Shown piece by piece: positions 44,664-54,934 of a DNA stretch of 64,000 nucleotides. The DNA comes from Treponemataceae bacterium (GTDB lineage: Bacteria > Spirochaetota > Spirochaetia > Treponematales > Rectinemataceae), in contig CAXXHO010000005.1 in NCBI GenBank assembly GCA_963667725.2, positions 736,001 through 800,000 of the forward strand. Direction: 5' to 3'. Every line of letters begins with the position of its first letter. Within the stretch, counting starts at the first letter, position 1. The translations under genes and the position numbers were made by a program. Below the pieces are notes generated by a model, which did not search any database, was not told where the DNA came from, and saw nothing but the letters and a program-made list of their open reading frames with translations.

Positions 44664-45508
44664 GACTGGCTCTCGGAGAGCGCGGCCGCGCGGCCGGCGA
44701 TCCAGCCCTGCACCGCCCTCACCCTTTTTTCAACCGCCGAATACACGTCCACGAAAGCGTACACGGCCTTGGAAGGGTTCCCCAGGCATATGCCGTTCAC
44801 CAAAAGGCCTTCCTTCACGGGCAGAAGGAGAAAGCGCATCTCGAGCTCCCTCTTTCCGAAGGCGCTGAAAAGGGCTATGCCCAGGGGTTTTTCGTTGGTG
44901 AGCGACACGAGGAGGGCCTCGTTCCTGCGTTCCATAAGGAGCGAATACCAGGTGGAACCGAAGTTCACGTCCTTGATATGGATGGTCATCGTCATGGAAT
45001 AAGGCATGGCGGCGAATGACAGGTCGGGCAGCTTCGTCCTCGAGCCCGGCGCGTAGACCCTGTAGACATCGTCGAAAAGCACGGTGATCTTCTTGCGCGT
45101 CTCGGAATAGTAGGTGATGCCCGACATCGTCCCTATCTTCGACAGTTCATTGACGAGGGCGAGAAGTCCCTCTTCGCTCAATTTCTTTATAGGCACGAGA
45201 AAGAGGCTACCGATGAGAAGTTCGGGATCCGCCCTGGTCGCGTAATCCTCCAGCTTCCTGGCTTCTGGCGCGTTCACGAGAAAGCGGAAATTTTTATCGC
45301 TCTTCGCGTCCACGACAATGCCTCCCCCCTTCAACACCGCGTCCAGTTCGCTCTGGCTCAGGCCCGGGAGGAAGGCTTTTGTCGGGGAGGCCACGGCGTC
45401 GAGGGCGGCGCCCTTAAGATCCGAAGCGAAGACGGATTCCGCGCCGCAGAGCAGTACGAAGGCGAGCAGCGGCGCCCATGGCCGGGAGAGGAAGGTTTTA
45501 ATACGCAC
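44660..45508 (-). CDS. Secreted conserved hypothetical protein (DUF6675-like)
   Basis: Signal peptide; GITYYSETRK, D.NFG, R..A...W pattern recalled from spirochaete proteins. Confidence 0.6.
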   Translation of the reverse strand: MRIKTFLSRPWAPLLAFVLLCGAESVFASDLKGAALDAVASPTKAFLPGLSQSELDAVLKGGGIVVDAKSDKNFRFLVNAPEARKLEDYATRADPELLIGSLFLVPIKKLSEEGLLALVNELSKIGTMSGITYYSETRKKITVLFDDVYRVYAPGSRTKLPDLSFAAMPYSMTMTIHIKDVNFGSTWYSLLMERRNEALLVSLTNEKPLGIALFSAFGKRELEMRFLLLPVKEGLLVNGICLGNPSKAVYAFVDVYSAVEKRVRAVQGWIAGRAAALSESQS

Positions 45509-46937
45509 CCTTGCCCTCGAATACCACGGCCACCGTCCTGAAAATGATGTAGAGATCGAGCCAGAAGGACCAGCTCTGGATGTAGGAGCTGTCCAGGGAC
45601 ACCCTTTCGACGTAATCGGTTTCCGAACGGCCCGATATCTGCCAGAGTCCGGATACCCCCGGCTTCACGCTGGAGAAGAGTTCGTAGTCGTCGCCGTACT
45701 TTTCCACCTCCGCCTCGATGATGGGGCGAGGCCCCACGAGGCTCATGTCTCCCTTGATTACGTTCCACAGCTGGGGAAGCTCGTCGAGGCTCGTCTTCCT
45801 GAGGATGCGTCCCACCCTCGTCACCCGCGGGTCCTTCCGCAGCTTGAAGCTCGCCTCCCACTCCTCCCTGGCTTCCGGGTCATTCTCGAGGATATCGGCG
45901 AGGAGCTTGTCGGCGTTTTGGTGCATGGTCCTGAACTTGAGGATGCGCATGGGCCTGCCGTAGCGTCCGAGGCGTTTGTGGGCATAGAAGACGGGGCCTT
46001 TCGAATCGAGGGCGACGAAAAGAGCGATAAGGGCGAAGACGGGCAGGAGGAGGAGCCCGCCCGTCATCGCGAGAATCAAATCCGTCACTCTTTTCAGAAG
46101 GAGGTTGCTGGGCTTGAGGAGGTTCTGGTCGCTGTGTATTCCCAGTATTCCGCCCACATCCCGCACCGACATCCACAGATTCGCGACGCCGAAAAAATCG
46201 GGGATGATGGTGATATTCCTGAACTGTTTGGCGTGCTTCGCGAGAATACCGGCGAGTTTCTCCCTCTCCACGCCGGGCATCGCCACGATGGCCGTATCGA
46301 CGTCCATGGCTTCGCGGATCATTTCGGCATTGTCCGATCCGTGATAGAGGGGAAGGCTTCGGTAATTCGGCCCGAGAGAGGGGTCGTCATCGAGGATGGC
46401 CATGGGTTTGAGACCGATGGAGGGTCTGTCCAGGAGTCTGTCGGCTATCATCCTGCCGGTTCTGCCGCCGCCTATGATGACGACGGGGATGCCCCAGAAG
46501 GGCGTGTTGACGAAAAAGCGCCGAATGAGCCCCCTGACCGTCATGAAGGCAGGCAGGCTCGCGAAAAAGGAGAGGGCGAAGGCGATGGATATGGCCGGGT
46601 TGATCTTGCGCTGGATATTCAGGGCGATGAGGATTCCGGCATGGCCAAAGAATGAGGCTATGGCGAATCTCCTCAGCTCGTCGGCATGGGCGTAATTGAC
46701 GCCCGGATACAGCTTCAGGATATGGAGGACCAAAAGGAAAAAAGGCAGGTATGGCCAATAGAGGACGAAGGACTTGAAATCGATGGCGGTCATGTTCACG
46801 GCATTGACGATGAAAAATCCCACGCCGAAGCTCGCCAGCACGGCGGCCAGGTCTCCGGCCGCGAAATGCAGGGACATCAGGAGCCGATGGGAATTGTAGC
46901 CATACCTCGGTGGTGTCTGCGCGATATCAAAGGTCAT
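45498..46937 (-). CDS. wbaP: Undecaprenyl-phosphate hexose-1-phosphate transferase
   Basis: KRVTD, KFRTM, DPRVTRVGRILRKTSLDELPQ, GDMSLVGPRP, KPGVSGLWQISGRS. Confidence 0.92.
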   Translation of the reverse strand: MTFDIAQTPPRYGYNSHRLLMSLHFAAGDLAAVLASFGVGFFIVNAVNMTAIDFKSFVLYWPYLPFFLLVLHILKLYPGVNYAHADELRRFAIASFFGHAGILIALNIQRKINPAISIAFALSFFASLPAFMTVRGLIRRFFVNTPFWGIPVVIIGGGRTGRMIADRLLDRPSIGLKPMAILDDDPSLGPNYRSLPLYHGSDNAEMIREAMDVDTAIVAMPGVEREKLAGILAKHAKQFRNITIIPDFFGVANLWMSVRDVGGILGIHSDQNLLKPSNLLLKRVTDLILAMTGGLLLLPVFALIALFVALDSKGPVFYAHKRLGRYGRPMRILKFRTMHQNADKLLADILENDPEAREEWEASFKLRKDPRVTRVGRILRKTSLDELPQLWNVIKGDMSLVGPRPIIEAEVEKYGDDYELFSSVKPGVSGLWQISGRSETDYVERVSLDSSYIQSWSFWLDLYIIFRTVAVVFEGKGAY

Positions 46938-47152
46938 GTAACACCCTTGCGGAAATATTTTGTTCTCTTCCAGAGAAACGCGGTCTCGTCCGAAACCGTT
47001 TCGAAATGAGGATACCGCAGTATTCAGGCTAAGGTTGCCGACTCTGGCTTTTTTTCAAAAAATATTTGCGGACCTAATTTCCTTACTGTATAGTTAATCA
47101 ATAAGGGCGGCTTTGCCGTCAGCCCATATCTTCGCACCGACAGGAGTCTACG

Positions 47153-47581
47153 ATGAAGGTGAAAAAGTTGATCCTTGTTTCGCTCTGCGCCGCGCTGCTG
47201 ATGGCCGGCTGCGATCTTTTCACGAGTTTCTCGATCGACGAGGCGCTCGGGGAATGGGATTTCGTGGACAGAAGCATTGGAGGAAAGGCGGCCACTGGCG
47301 TCCACATGAGCGTTATGGCCGATGGGACAATGGCCGACGTGCGCTGGGATACGAGCGAAAACGGCTATCTGTTCGCCTGCGACGGCACCCTGGACGGAAA
47401 AAACTTCACCGGCACCTATACCGGATGGGACAGCATGCTTCTAGGCGATAACGAGATAGTGACCGATGCCGCGATATCGATCAGCTATTCGCTGAGCGGG
47501 GGCAAGCTTTCCGCCTCATTTTCGGGCTCGGGCCCTCTGAACGGTCTGGTTTTGACCGGGGGAGTTCTTTCACCTCCATGA
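47153..47581 (+). CDS. Lipoprotein
   Basis: AGGAG RBS; lipobox LMAG-C. Confidence 0.8.
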   Translation: MKVKKLILVSLCAALLMAGCDLFTSFSIDEALGEWDFVDRSIGGKAATGVHMSVMADGTMADVRWDTSENGYLFACDGTLDGKNFTGTYTGWDSMLLGDNEIVTDAAISISYSLSGGKLSASFSGSGPLNGLVLTGGVLSPP

Positions 47582-47619
47582 AAGCTTCTATATAATGGTT
47601 CTCAGCTCAGGAGGCTTCC

Positions 47620-48351
47620 ATGTTCGCGCTCAACATCACGTCCAAACGTTATGCGGAATTATCCGGCACAATCGACACCGTCATCATACCCACGGGCAGT
47701 TTCGAGGCCCACGGGATGCACTGCCCCCTCGGTACCGACATTCTGATACCGGAACGCATGTGCCGCGACCTCGAAGCGGCATCGGGCGGAGAATTCTTCA
47801 TCGCGCCCACGGTCAACTACGGCTATACGCCGACCCTCGCCGGTTTTCCCGGCACGGTCACCATTCCCGCCGAGACGCTCATTTCGCTCTATTCGGAAAT
47901 CGGCTCCTGTTTCGTGCGTTGGGGAGCCAAGAATATCGTCTTCATGAACGGGCACGGCGGCAATATCCCAGCCCTCACCCTCGCCTGCGACAAGATCGCC
48001 AAGGCGGGCGGGACGGCCATGGCCATCAGCTGGTGGGCCACGTATTCGGCCGATATCCTGAAGATATGCGATACCCAGGGTCACGCCGGCGAGGACGAGA
48101 CCTCGGCGGTCCTGGCGATCGACGCTTCCCTCGTGGACGACGAGGCCAGAAGCGTTCATATGCGGAAGGTTTTCTGCACGCCCCTTTCCGGTCCCACGCA
48201 GACCGAGGCGCGTTACCCGAATGCCATGAGCGGCGATTCGACGATGGCCACGCGCGAAAAGGGCGAAAAGCTCTATGCCATGATGCTCGGGAAAAACCTG
48301 GACTTCATCGCGAGGCTCCGCGAGGGTAACTTCACCGATCCGATACTCTGA
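47620..48351 (+). CDS. Creatininase-family amidohydrolase
   Basis: GSFEAHGMHCPLGTD, NGHGGN, HAGEDETS. Confidence 0.92.
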   Translation: MFALNITSKRYAELSGTIDTVIIPTGSFEAHGMHCPLGTDILIPERMCRDLEAASGGEFFIAPTVNYGYTPTLAGFPGTVTIPAETLISLYSEIGSCFVRWGAKNIVFMNGHGGNIPALTLACDKIAKAGGTAMAISWWATYSADILKICDTQGHAGEDETSAVLAIDASLVDDEARSVHMRKVFCTPLSGPTQTEARYPNAMSGDSTMATREKGEKLYAMMLGKNLDFIARLREGNFTDPIL

Positions 48352-48366
48352 GCGGCTCCGAATTTT

Positions 48367-48544
48367 GACAGGACTTACATGAGGGGGAATGATTTACGGG
48401 AGAAGATTTTAGGTAGAGAAAGAAACCGTATTTCTTTGTGCGCTTTATTTATTCTCTTTTTTTCTTTTTTTTCTTCTTTTCTTCTTCTCTTTCTTTACCC
48501 AAAATTCTTTCCTGTAGATCCTTATATATCCTGTAGATCCTGTA
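48367..48544. repeat. Divergent repeat copy R15, between convergent genes
   Basis: GACAGGACTTACATGA...GATTTACGGGAGAAGATTTTAGGTA...CCTGTAGATCC...CCTGTAGATCCTGT. Confidence 0.85.
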
Positions 48545-48560
48545 AAATTCTTCTCTCGGC

Positions 48561-49595
48561 TCAGCCCACGGCCTGAGAGAATACGCGCGCGAAGTTTTTC
48601 CACGCCACTTTCTCCACATCGTCCTGCGACAGGCCTGAAGCCAGGAGGGCGTCGACGATAGCCTGGGCATGGGAAGCGTCTTCTAGTCCATCGACGAGAG
48701 GATATTCCTCCCGCGTGTAGAGGTATTCGCAGAAATGGAGGCCAAGGCCGACGTGGTCTATGCCGGCCGCGCCGATCATGTGCAGGAGGTGCTGGATATA
48801 GCGCTCCAGGCTGTGGCAGGCGCGATCGCTCATCGGGGCGAGGGCGGCCGGGCTCGTCATGCAGCCAACAAGGCCGCCTTTGTTTGCGATGGCGCTCATC
48901 TCCTCGTCGGAGAGGTTGCGGCCGTTGTCGTAGACCGCTTTGGCCGAGGTGTGAGAGAGCATGACGGGCTTCGAGGACGCGGCGAGAATGTCGCGTCGCG
49001 TCGCCCTGCCCGCGTGGGAGGCGTCTATCAGTATGCCGAGTTCGTTCATGAGGGCGACTGCTTCCCTTCCCTTCTCCGTCAAGCCGAGGGCCTGATCGAG
49101 GGGCAGCCCCCCGCGGAGACCGAGAGCGCCGCCGCCGAAGGGGTTGTCGTCATTGTGCGTGATGATGGCGAGCCTCAAGCCCGCTTCCTCGTAGAGTCGC
49201 GCTATCCAGCCGAGGTCGCCACCCGTGGCGCTCAGGCCCTCGTAGCCGACGATCGCGGCGAAAGCCCCGCTCGAGAGGGCTCGCCCTATGTCGGCGGCTG
49301 TCTTTACCTGGAGCAGGTTCTTCCCGGCGGCCCGCAGTTCTTCGTTGACATAGGTGATGAAATGCTCAAGATGGGCCGGTTCGGCGCTTTCGCCCGCCAT
49401 CCTGCAGTCGGTGAGGACGGCGCCGAATATTCCGCCCGATCGGATGCGGGCGAGATGCCGCGTCTCCAGCTCATTAATATCGCACAACGTCTCGCTTAAG
49501 TATGACGCGTTGTGCGATTTTATAGCATTGCGCGCTTCATGTCGCCTGACGAGATCCATGAATACGTCGGCGTGCAAATCGAATATCGGCACCAT
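48561..49595 (-). CDS. M19 (membrane/renal) dipeptidase family
   Basis: DLHAD, GYEG, IDASH, SHT..RNLSDE, IDHVGLG. Confidence 0.9.
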   Translation of the reverse strand: MVPIFDLHADVFMDLVRRHEARNAIKSHNASYLSETLCDINELETRHLARIRSGGIFGAVLTDCRMAGESAEPAHLEHFITYVNEELRAAGKNLLQVKTAADIGRALSSGAFAAIVGYEGLSATGGDLGWIARLYEEAGLRLAIITHNDDNPFGGGALGLRGGLPLDQALGLTEKGREAVALMNELGILIDASHAGRATRRDILAASSKPVMLSHTSAKAVYDNGRNLSDEEMSAIANKGGLVGCMTSPAALAPMSDRACHSLERYIQHLLHMIGAAGIDHVGLGLHFCEYLYTREEYPLVDGLEDASHAQAIVDALLASGLSQDDVEKVAWKNFARVFSQAVG

Positions 49596-49624
49596 TCATC
49601 GCCTCCGTTGCGGCTCCGAAGCTT

Positions 49625-49758
49625 GACAGGATAACAGGACTGAGGATGATCTACAAAAGACTAGGTTAAAGAAGGAAAGAAAGAAACATATTTCGATACT
49701 GCTCTTTCTTTAGCAAAATCTTTCTCCTGCAGATCATCCTAAGTCATGTGATCATGTC
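49625..49758. repeat. Divergent repeat copy R16, inside the operon
   Basis: GACAGGATAACAGGA...GTCATGTGATCATGTC. Confidence 0.85.
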
Positions 49759-49777
49759 TGATTCTTCCGCCAGGTGC

Positions 49778-50872
49778 TCAGCGGCTGTAGCTCATTATCT
49801 CGCGCTCGAAGGTCTCTCGGTTCAGCGACTTGAGGAAGGCCAGGGAGAATTCCTTGGCTGCGGCGTAGTCCCTGTAGTCCATGATGCTCGAGTTGGTGTG
49901 GATGTAGCGCGAGGGAACGCCCACCGTCATCGAGGGACAGCCGGATCTCGCCATGTGGATCTCGCCCGAATCGGTTCCGCCCAGAGCCATAAAATACTGG
50001 AAGGGAATGTTCTTCTTTTCGGCGAGCCTGGTTCCGTACATAAAAAGGCCGCGATGCGTGATGGCCGTCCTGTCGATGTAGCGCAGGAGGACGCCTTTGC
50101 CCTGCTGGCCCAGTTCCTCAGGGTCGCCCATATTGTCGTTGGCGGCCGAAGATTCGAAGACGATGGAGACTTCGGGCTCGACGGTGAAGGCGGCTGTCCT
50201 GGCGCCGCGAAGACCCGACTCTTCCTGGACGGTGGCGCCGATGTAGAGGTCGACGTCGAGTTCCTCGTTGGCCACTTCCTCAAGGACGTCGAGGGCGAGG
50301 GCGCAGCCGAAGCGGTTGTCCCAGGCTTTGGACAGGAGTTTCTTTCCGCCGAAGAGGGGAACGAAGGGGCCATCCACGATGATCATGTCGCCGGGTCTGA
50401 TTCCGGCGGCGAGCACGTCTTCGCGGGACTCGGCGCCGATGTCGATGAGCATCTGGTCGATGGAGAGGAGTCGCTTGGAGCTGTCCTCGGGAAGAAGGTG
50501 GGGCGGTATCGAGGCCACGGCGCCCGGATAGCCCTGCCCGGTGATGCTGGAGTAGACGGTGACGCGCTGGGCCATGATCACGTGTTCCCAGGTCCTGCCT
50601 ATCGGGAAGAACTTGAGGAGCCCTTTGGGCGTTATCTGTTTGACGATGAAGCCGACTTCGTCCATATGGCCGTTCATCATGACGCGCGGGGCGTTCGGTT
50701 TCTTCGAGCGCTTGATCGCGAAGACGGAACCCAGGCCGTCGAAGACGAGTTCGGAGGCGTATCTGGACAGTTCTTTCTTCATATACTCGCGCACGCGCAT
50801 TTCGTGGGCCGAAACCCCGGGAATCTGGGTAAGGGTCCTGAATCTTTCCATTTGTAGTTCGGTAGGTATCAT
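49778..50872 (-). CDS. M42 aminopeptidase
   Basis: GHMDEVG, KAWDNR, TVQEE, GGTD, RYIH. Confidence 0.93.
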   Translation of the reverse strand: MIPTELQMERFRTLTQIPGVSAHEMRVREYMKKELSRYASELVFDGLGSVFAIKRSKKPNAPRVMMNGHMDEVGFIVKQITPKGLLKFFPIGRTWEHVIMAQRVTVYSSITGQGYPGAVASIPPHLLPEDSSKRLLSIDQMLIDIGAESREDVLAAGIRPGDMIIVDGPFVPLFGGKKLLSKAWDNRFGCALALDVLEEVANEELDVDLYIGATVQEESGLRGARTAAFTVEPEVSIVFESSAANDNMGDPEELGQQGKGVLLRYIDRTAITHRGLFMYGTRLAEKKNIPFQYFMALGGTDSGEIHMARSGCPSMTVGVPSRYIHTNSSIMDYRDYAAAKEFSLAFLKSLNRETFEREIMSYSR

Positions 50873-50886
50873 AGTTTTCTCCTGAT

Positions 50887-51870
50887 TTAGACGAATTGTT
50901 CCGCGAGGCGGCAGGCGACGAAGCGCCCGGGAGCTATTTCCCTCAACGCGGGATCGGCGACGGAGCATTCGGGCTGGGCGTGGATGCATCGGGGCGCGAA
51001 GCGGCAGCCCGGTTTGGGGTTGATGGGAGAGCTTACTTCGCTCTTGAGGATGATTCTTTCCTTCCTCGCGTTCAGCTTGGGTACGGGTATGGCCGACAGG
51101 AGTGCCCTGCCGTAGGGATGGATAGGTTTGGCGAAGAGTTCCTCGGTGGGGCCTCTTTCGACGATCTGGCCCATGTACATGATGACGATGTCGTCGGAGA
51201 TGTGCTTGACGACGGAGAGATCGTGGGTGATGAAAAGGTAGGTAAGCCCGAGCTTGTCCTGGAGGTCCATGAGAAGGTTCAGGATCTGCGCCTGGATCGA
51301 CACGTCGAGGGCCGAAACCGGTTCGTCGCAGACGATGAATTCCGGGTCCAGGGCCAGGGCGCGCGCTATGCCGATGCGCTGGCGGCGTCCTCCGTCCAGC
51401 TCGTGGGGGTACGAATCGTAGAGGCGATCGGCGAGCCCTACGGTGGCCATCAGTTTCCTCACCCTCTCCTCGTATTCCTGGCTGCCCGACACTTTTCTGT
51501 GGATTTTCAAGGGCTCGCCGATGATGGTGGCCACGGTGTGGCGCGGATTGATCGAGGAGTAGGGGTCCTGGAAGATCATCTGCATCCGCGTGCGCAGGAC
51601 TTTCATCTCGCGGTCGTTGGCCTTGGTCACTTCGGAGCCGTCGTAGACGATGGATCCGGCCGTGGCTTCGTGGAGGCGGACGAGAAGCCTGCCCGTCGTG
51701 GACTTGCCGCAGCCCGATTCGCCTACCATGCCCAGGGTTTTGCCTTTTCTGATGTCGAAGGATACGTCGTCGACGGCGTGGAGGCTTCCATGGGCGGACT
51801 GGAAGTATTTCTTGAGGTTGTTCACGCGCAGTATCGGCGCCGCGGCGGTGATTACAGTTTTGGCGCTCAT
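50887..51870 (-). CDS. oppF: Oligopeptide ABC transporter ATPase
   Basis: GESGCGKS, FQDPY, CDEPVSALDVSIQAQ, GCRFAPRC. Confidence 0.9.
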   Translation of the reverse strand: MSAKTVITAAAPILRVNNLKKYFQSAHGSLHAVDDVSFDIRKGKTLGMVGESGCGKSTTGRLLVRLHEATAGSIVYDGSEVTKANDREMKVLRTRMQMIFQDPYSSINPRHTVATIIGEPLKIHRKVSGSQEYEERVRKLMATVGLADRLYDSYPHELDGGRRQRIGIARALALDPEFIVCDEPVSALDVSIQAQILNLLMDLQDKLGLTYLFITHDLSVVKHISDDIVIMYMGQIVERGPTEELFAKPIHPYGRALLSAIPVPKLNARKERIILKSEVSSPINPKPGCRFAPRCIHAQPECSVADPALREIAPGRFVACRLAEQFV

Positions 51871-52859
51871 GCCTGGCTCCTCGCGCCGGTTTCGGCGGTG
51901 TATAGGTGGCACTTGACGCGGTGGCCGCCGAGATCGATGTCCACGGGGTGCTTTTTGGCGCAGATGTCCATCGCGTGGGGGCAGCGCGGGCTGAAGAAGC
52001 AGCCTTCGGGCAGGGCGGTCGGGTCGGGCATCAGGCCGGGGATGGGCTTGAGCCTGTCGGTGATCTCGGAGAGGTCGGGCAGGGAGCCGAAGAGTCCCTT
52101 GGTGTAGGGATGCAGGGGGTCGCCGAAGACCTGGTCGATCGAGCCGTATTCGACGATTTCGCCCGCGTACATGGTCGCCACTTCGTCGCAGTTCTCGGCC
52201 ACGAGGCCGAGGGAGTGGGTGATGAAGAGGACCGAGGTGCCGTTGTCGCGGATGAGGGTGCGCATGAGGTCGAGGACCTGGGCCTGGATGGTGACGTCCA
52301 GGGCCGTCGTGGGTTCGTCGGCGAGGAGGAGTTTGGGGTTGCAGGCGAGGGCGAGGGCTATGACGACGCGCTGCTTCATGCCGCCGGAGAACTGGTGAGG
52401 GTATTCCTTGGCGCGGTCGGCCGGTATGCCCACCGTTTCCAGCATCTTTTCGGCTTTTTTCCAGCTTTCCTCGCCGCTCAGGCCTTCGTGCTTCATCACC
52501 GTCTCGGCGATCTGCTCGCCCACGGTGAGCACGGGGTTGAGGGCCGTCATGGGGTCCTGGAAGATCATGGCCACGTCCTTGCCGCGCATGTCGCGCAGGT
52601 CCTGCTTGGACATGCCGAGGACATCCTTGCCCGAGAAGCTGATGGAGCCTTTCATGATCTTGCCCTGGGGGGAGCGGATCATGTTGAGGATGGAGAGGGC
52701 CAGGGTTGTCTTGCCGGCGCCGGTCTCGCCGACGAGGCCGAGCACTTTGCCTGCCTTGAGGTCGAGGGTGAGGCCGTTTATGGCCTTCGTCACTTTGCGA
52801 TACGAGAAGTACTGGACTTCCAGATCGCGTATTTCAAGTATTTTTTCCATGCGGTTCAC
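51867..52859 (-). CDS. oppD: Oligopeptide ABC transporter ATPase
   Basis: GETGAGKT, FSGGMKQR, ADEPTTALDVTIQAQ. Confidence 0.9.
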   Translation of the reverse strand: MNRMEKILEIRDLEVQYFSYRKVTKAINGLTLDLKAGKVLGLVGETGAGKTTLALSILNMIRSPQGKIMKGSISFSGKDVLGMSKQDLRDMRGKDVAMIFQDPMTALNPVLTVGEQIAETVMKHEGLSGEESWKKAEKMLETVGIPADRAKEYPHQFSGGMKQRVVIALALACNPKLLLADEPTTALDVTIQAQVLDLMRTLIRDNGTSVLFITHSLGLVAENCDEVATMYAGEIVEYGSIDQVFGDPLHPYTKGLFGSLPDLSEITDRLKPIPGLMPDPTALPEGCFFSPRCPHAMDICAKKHPVDIDLGGHRVKCHLYTAETGARSQA

Positions 52860-53807
52860 CTATCGTTTCAGTTTGGGGTCGAGGGCGTCGCGCAGCCCGT
52901 CGCCGATGAGGTTGTAGGCCAGTACGGTGAGCAGGATCGTGAGGCCTGGGGCGAAGAGGAGGTGGGGCGCGTACTGGATGAATTCCCTCGCCTCGGAGAG
53001 CATGTTTCCCCACTCTGGCTTCGGGGGGAGGATGCCCAGGCCGAGGAAGGAGAGGGAGGCCGCCCAGTTGATCGCCGATCCGACGTTCAGCGTGGACTGG
53101 ACGATGATGGGCGAGGTTATGTTGGGCATGATGTGCTTGAGCACGATCCTGAGGTCGCCGGCGCCTATGCAGCGGGCCGCCTCGACGAATTCCTGGTCCT
53201 TCACCTGGATGATGGAGGCGCGCACGATTCGTATGTAGCCGGGTATCATCGAGGTCGATATGGCGACGATGAGGTTGAAGAAGCTGTTCCCCAGGGCGGC
53301 GACGATGGCGATGGCCAGCAGTATCGTCGGTATGGAGAGGAGGATGTCGGTGGCGCGCATGATGAAGGTGTCGAAGAGGCCGCCCTTGTAGCCGGCTATC
53401 GCCCCGAGTATGCCGCCCACCATGAAGGAGATGGCCACGGTGGCGAAGCCGATGATCATGGAAACCCTGGCGCCGTGGACGAGGCGGCCGAGGATGTCCC
53501 TGCCGTAGTTGTCCGATCCGAGGATGAAGGTGTGTTCTATGTCCTTTTCGTGGTAATAGACGACGCCGCTCTCGCCCGGCTTGAGGAGGGCGTTTTCCAG
53601 GGAGTTCGAGGTGACGAAATCGTATTCGTAGAGGAGGTCGGCGAATATCGCCACCAGGGCGAAGACGATAACGAGGGCCAGGCTCAGCACGGCGAGCTTG
53701 TTGCGCGCCAGCTGCCTCCAGAACTGGGAGAAGTTCTTGCCCGTTCGGCGCATGAAGCGCGCGAACTTGGATGTGTTCGTCATGGTATTGGTCATGGTCT
53801 CGCTCAT
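52860..53807 (-). CDS. oppC: Oligopeptide ABC transporter permease
   Basis: LGSDNYGRD, EFVEAARCIGA, LIGDGLRDALDP. Confidence 0.9.
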   Translation of the reverse strand: MSETMTNTMTNTSKFARFMRRTGKNFSQFWRQLARNKLAVLSLALVIVFALVAIFADLLYEYDFVTSNSLENALLKPGESGVVYYHEKDIEHTFILGSDNYGRDILGRLVHGARVSMIIGFATVAISFMVGGILGAIAGYKGGLFDTFIMRATDILLSIPTILLAIAIVAALGNSFFNLIVAISTSMIPGYIRIVRASIIQVKDQEFVEAARCIGAGDLRIVLKHIMPNITSPIIVQSTLNVGSAINWAASLSFLGLGILPPKPEWGNMLSEAREFIQYAPHLLFAPGLTILLTVLAYNLIGDGLRDALDPKLKR

Positions 53808-54802
53808 GCCCGGCTCCTTGCTATGGCCGGTTTGGCCTTTTTCTTCCCGAAGGTCGTCTTGATGCGCGGGTCGATGAATCCATAGAGGACGTCTACGAGG
53901 AGGTTGATGACCGTGAAGGTGAGCGCGATGAAGCATACCGAACCGAGGATCTGGGGCGTGTCCTTCTGGTAGATGGCGTCCACCATTATGGAGCCCAGGC
54001 CCGGGTAGGAGAATATCTTCTCGGTGAGGACGGCGCCGCCGAGGAGCTGTCCGAACTGGAGCCCTGCCACGGTGACGACGGGGATGAGGGCGTTGCGGAG
54101 CGCGTGCTTGAAGATGACGACTTTCTCGTCCATTCCCTTTACCCTAGCCGTCCTGATGTAATCCTGCTCCATGACTTCGAGCATGGAGGACCTCGTCATG
54201 CGCATGATGATGGCCATGGAATACATGCTCAGCGTGATGGTCGGCAGGATGAGGGAGACGAAATCGCCCGGATTGGACATGGCGGGGAATATCCTGAGGT
54301 TGTTGGCGAAGGTATAGATGAGGACCATGGCCGCCCAGAATACGGGCATCGAGGCCCCCAGGAGCGCGAAGACGGTGAAAATCATGTCGATCGCCGAGTA
54401 TGGTCTCGTGGCCGAGAGTATGCCGATGGGCACGCCTATGCAGACCGCCAGCAGAAGGGCGCCGGCCGCGAGTATAAGTGTATTGGGAAACGAGCTCAGG
54501 ATGAGCTCGAAGACGTTCCTGTTCGAGATGTAGGACCGGCCGAGGTCGCCGAAGAGGAGTCCTTTATAGCCGAAAATGGGATGGCTGTAGCCAAAGAGGA
54601 AGCGCACGTACTGTATCAGGAATGGTTTGTCGAGCCCCATGTCCGCCTTCATCTGCGTGTAGGCGGCGGGTGAGGCGTTGGGTCCCAGCATCATCTGCGC
54701 CGGGTCCGAGGGCGTGACGTACAGAAGCGCGAAGACTATCAGCGTCACGCCGAAAAGTACGGGTACCAGCATAAGGATACGCCGTAATAGGTATCTGCTC
54801 AT
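53804..54802 (-). CDS. oppB: Oligopeptide ABC transporter permease
   Basis: GDLGRS, DYIRTARVKG, HALRNALIP, IDPRI. Confidence 0.9.
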   Translation of the reverse strand: MSRYLLRRILMLVPVLFGVTLIVFALLYVTPSDPAQMMLGPNASPAAYTQMKADMGLDKPFLIQYVRFLFGYSHPIFGYKGLLFGDLGRSYISNRNVFELILSSFPNTLILAAGALLLAVCIGVPIGILSATRPYSAIDMIFTVFALLGASMPVFWAAMVLIYTFANNLRIFPAMSNPGDFVSLILPTITLSMYSMAIIMRMTRSSMLEVMEQDYIRTARVKGMDEKVVIFKHALRNALIPVVTVAGLQFGQLLGGAVLTEKIFSYPGLGSIMVDAIYQKDTPQILGSVCFIALTFTVINLLVDVLYGFIDPRIKTTFGKKKAKPAIARSRA

Positions 54803-54934
54803 ATTTGGAAAGTCCGATCGTAAAGCCCGGAAGGGTTCCCCGGGCGGGGTTCCCTTCCGGACGGAAGGCCGCGAGGCGGCAGGCGTTCCGTCGTCATGAC
54901 GTCGCGCTCGCGGCCGGGAGGCCTTCCTTCAGCG

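Noticed and set aside
54803..54934. GC-rich hairpins between oppA and oppB as an ncRNA
   Set aside because: Stem-loops after binding-protein genes are common mRNA stabilisers; no recognisable RNA family motif.
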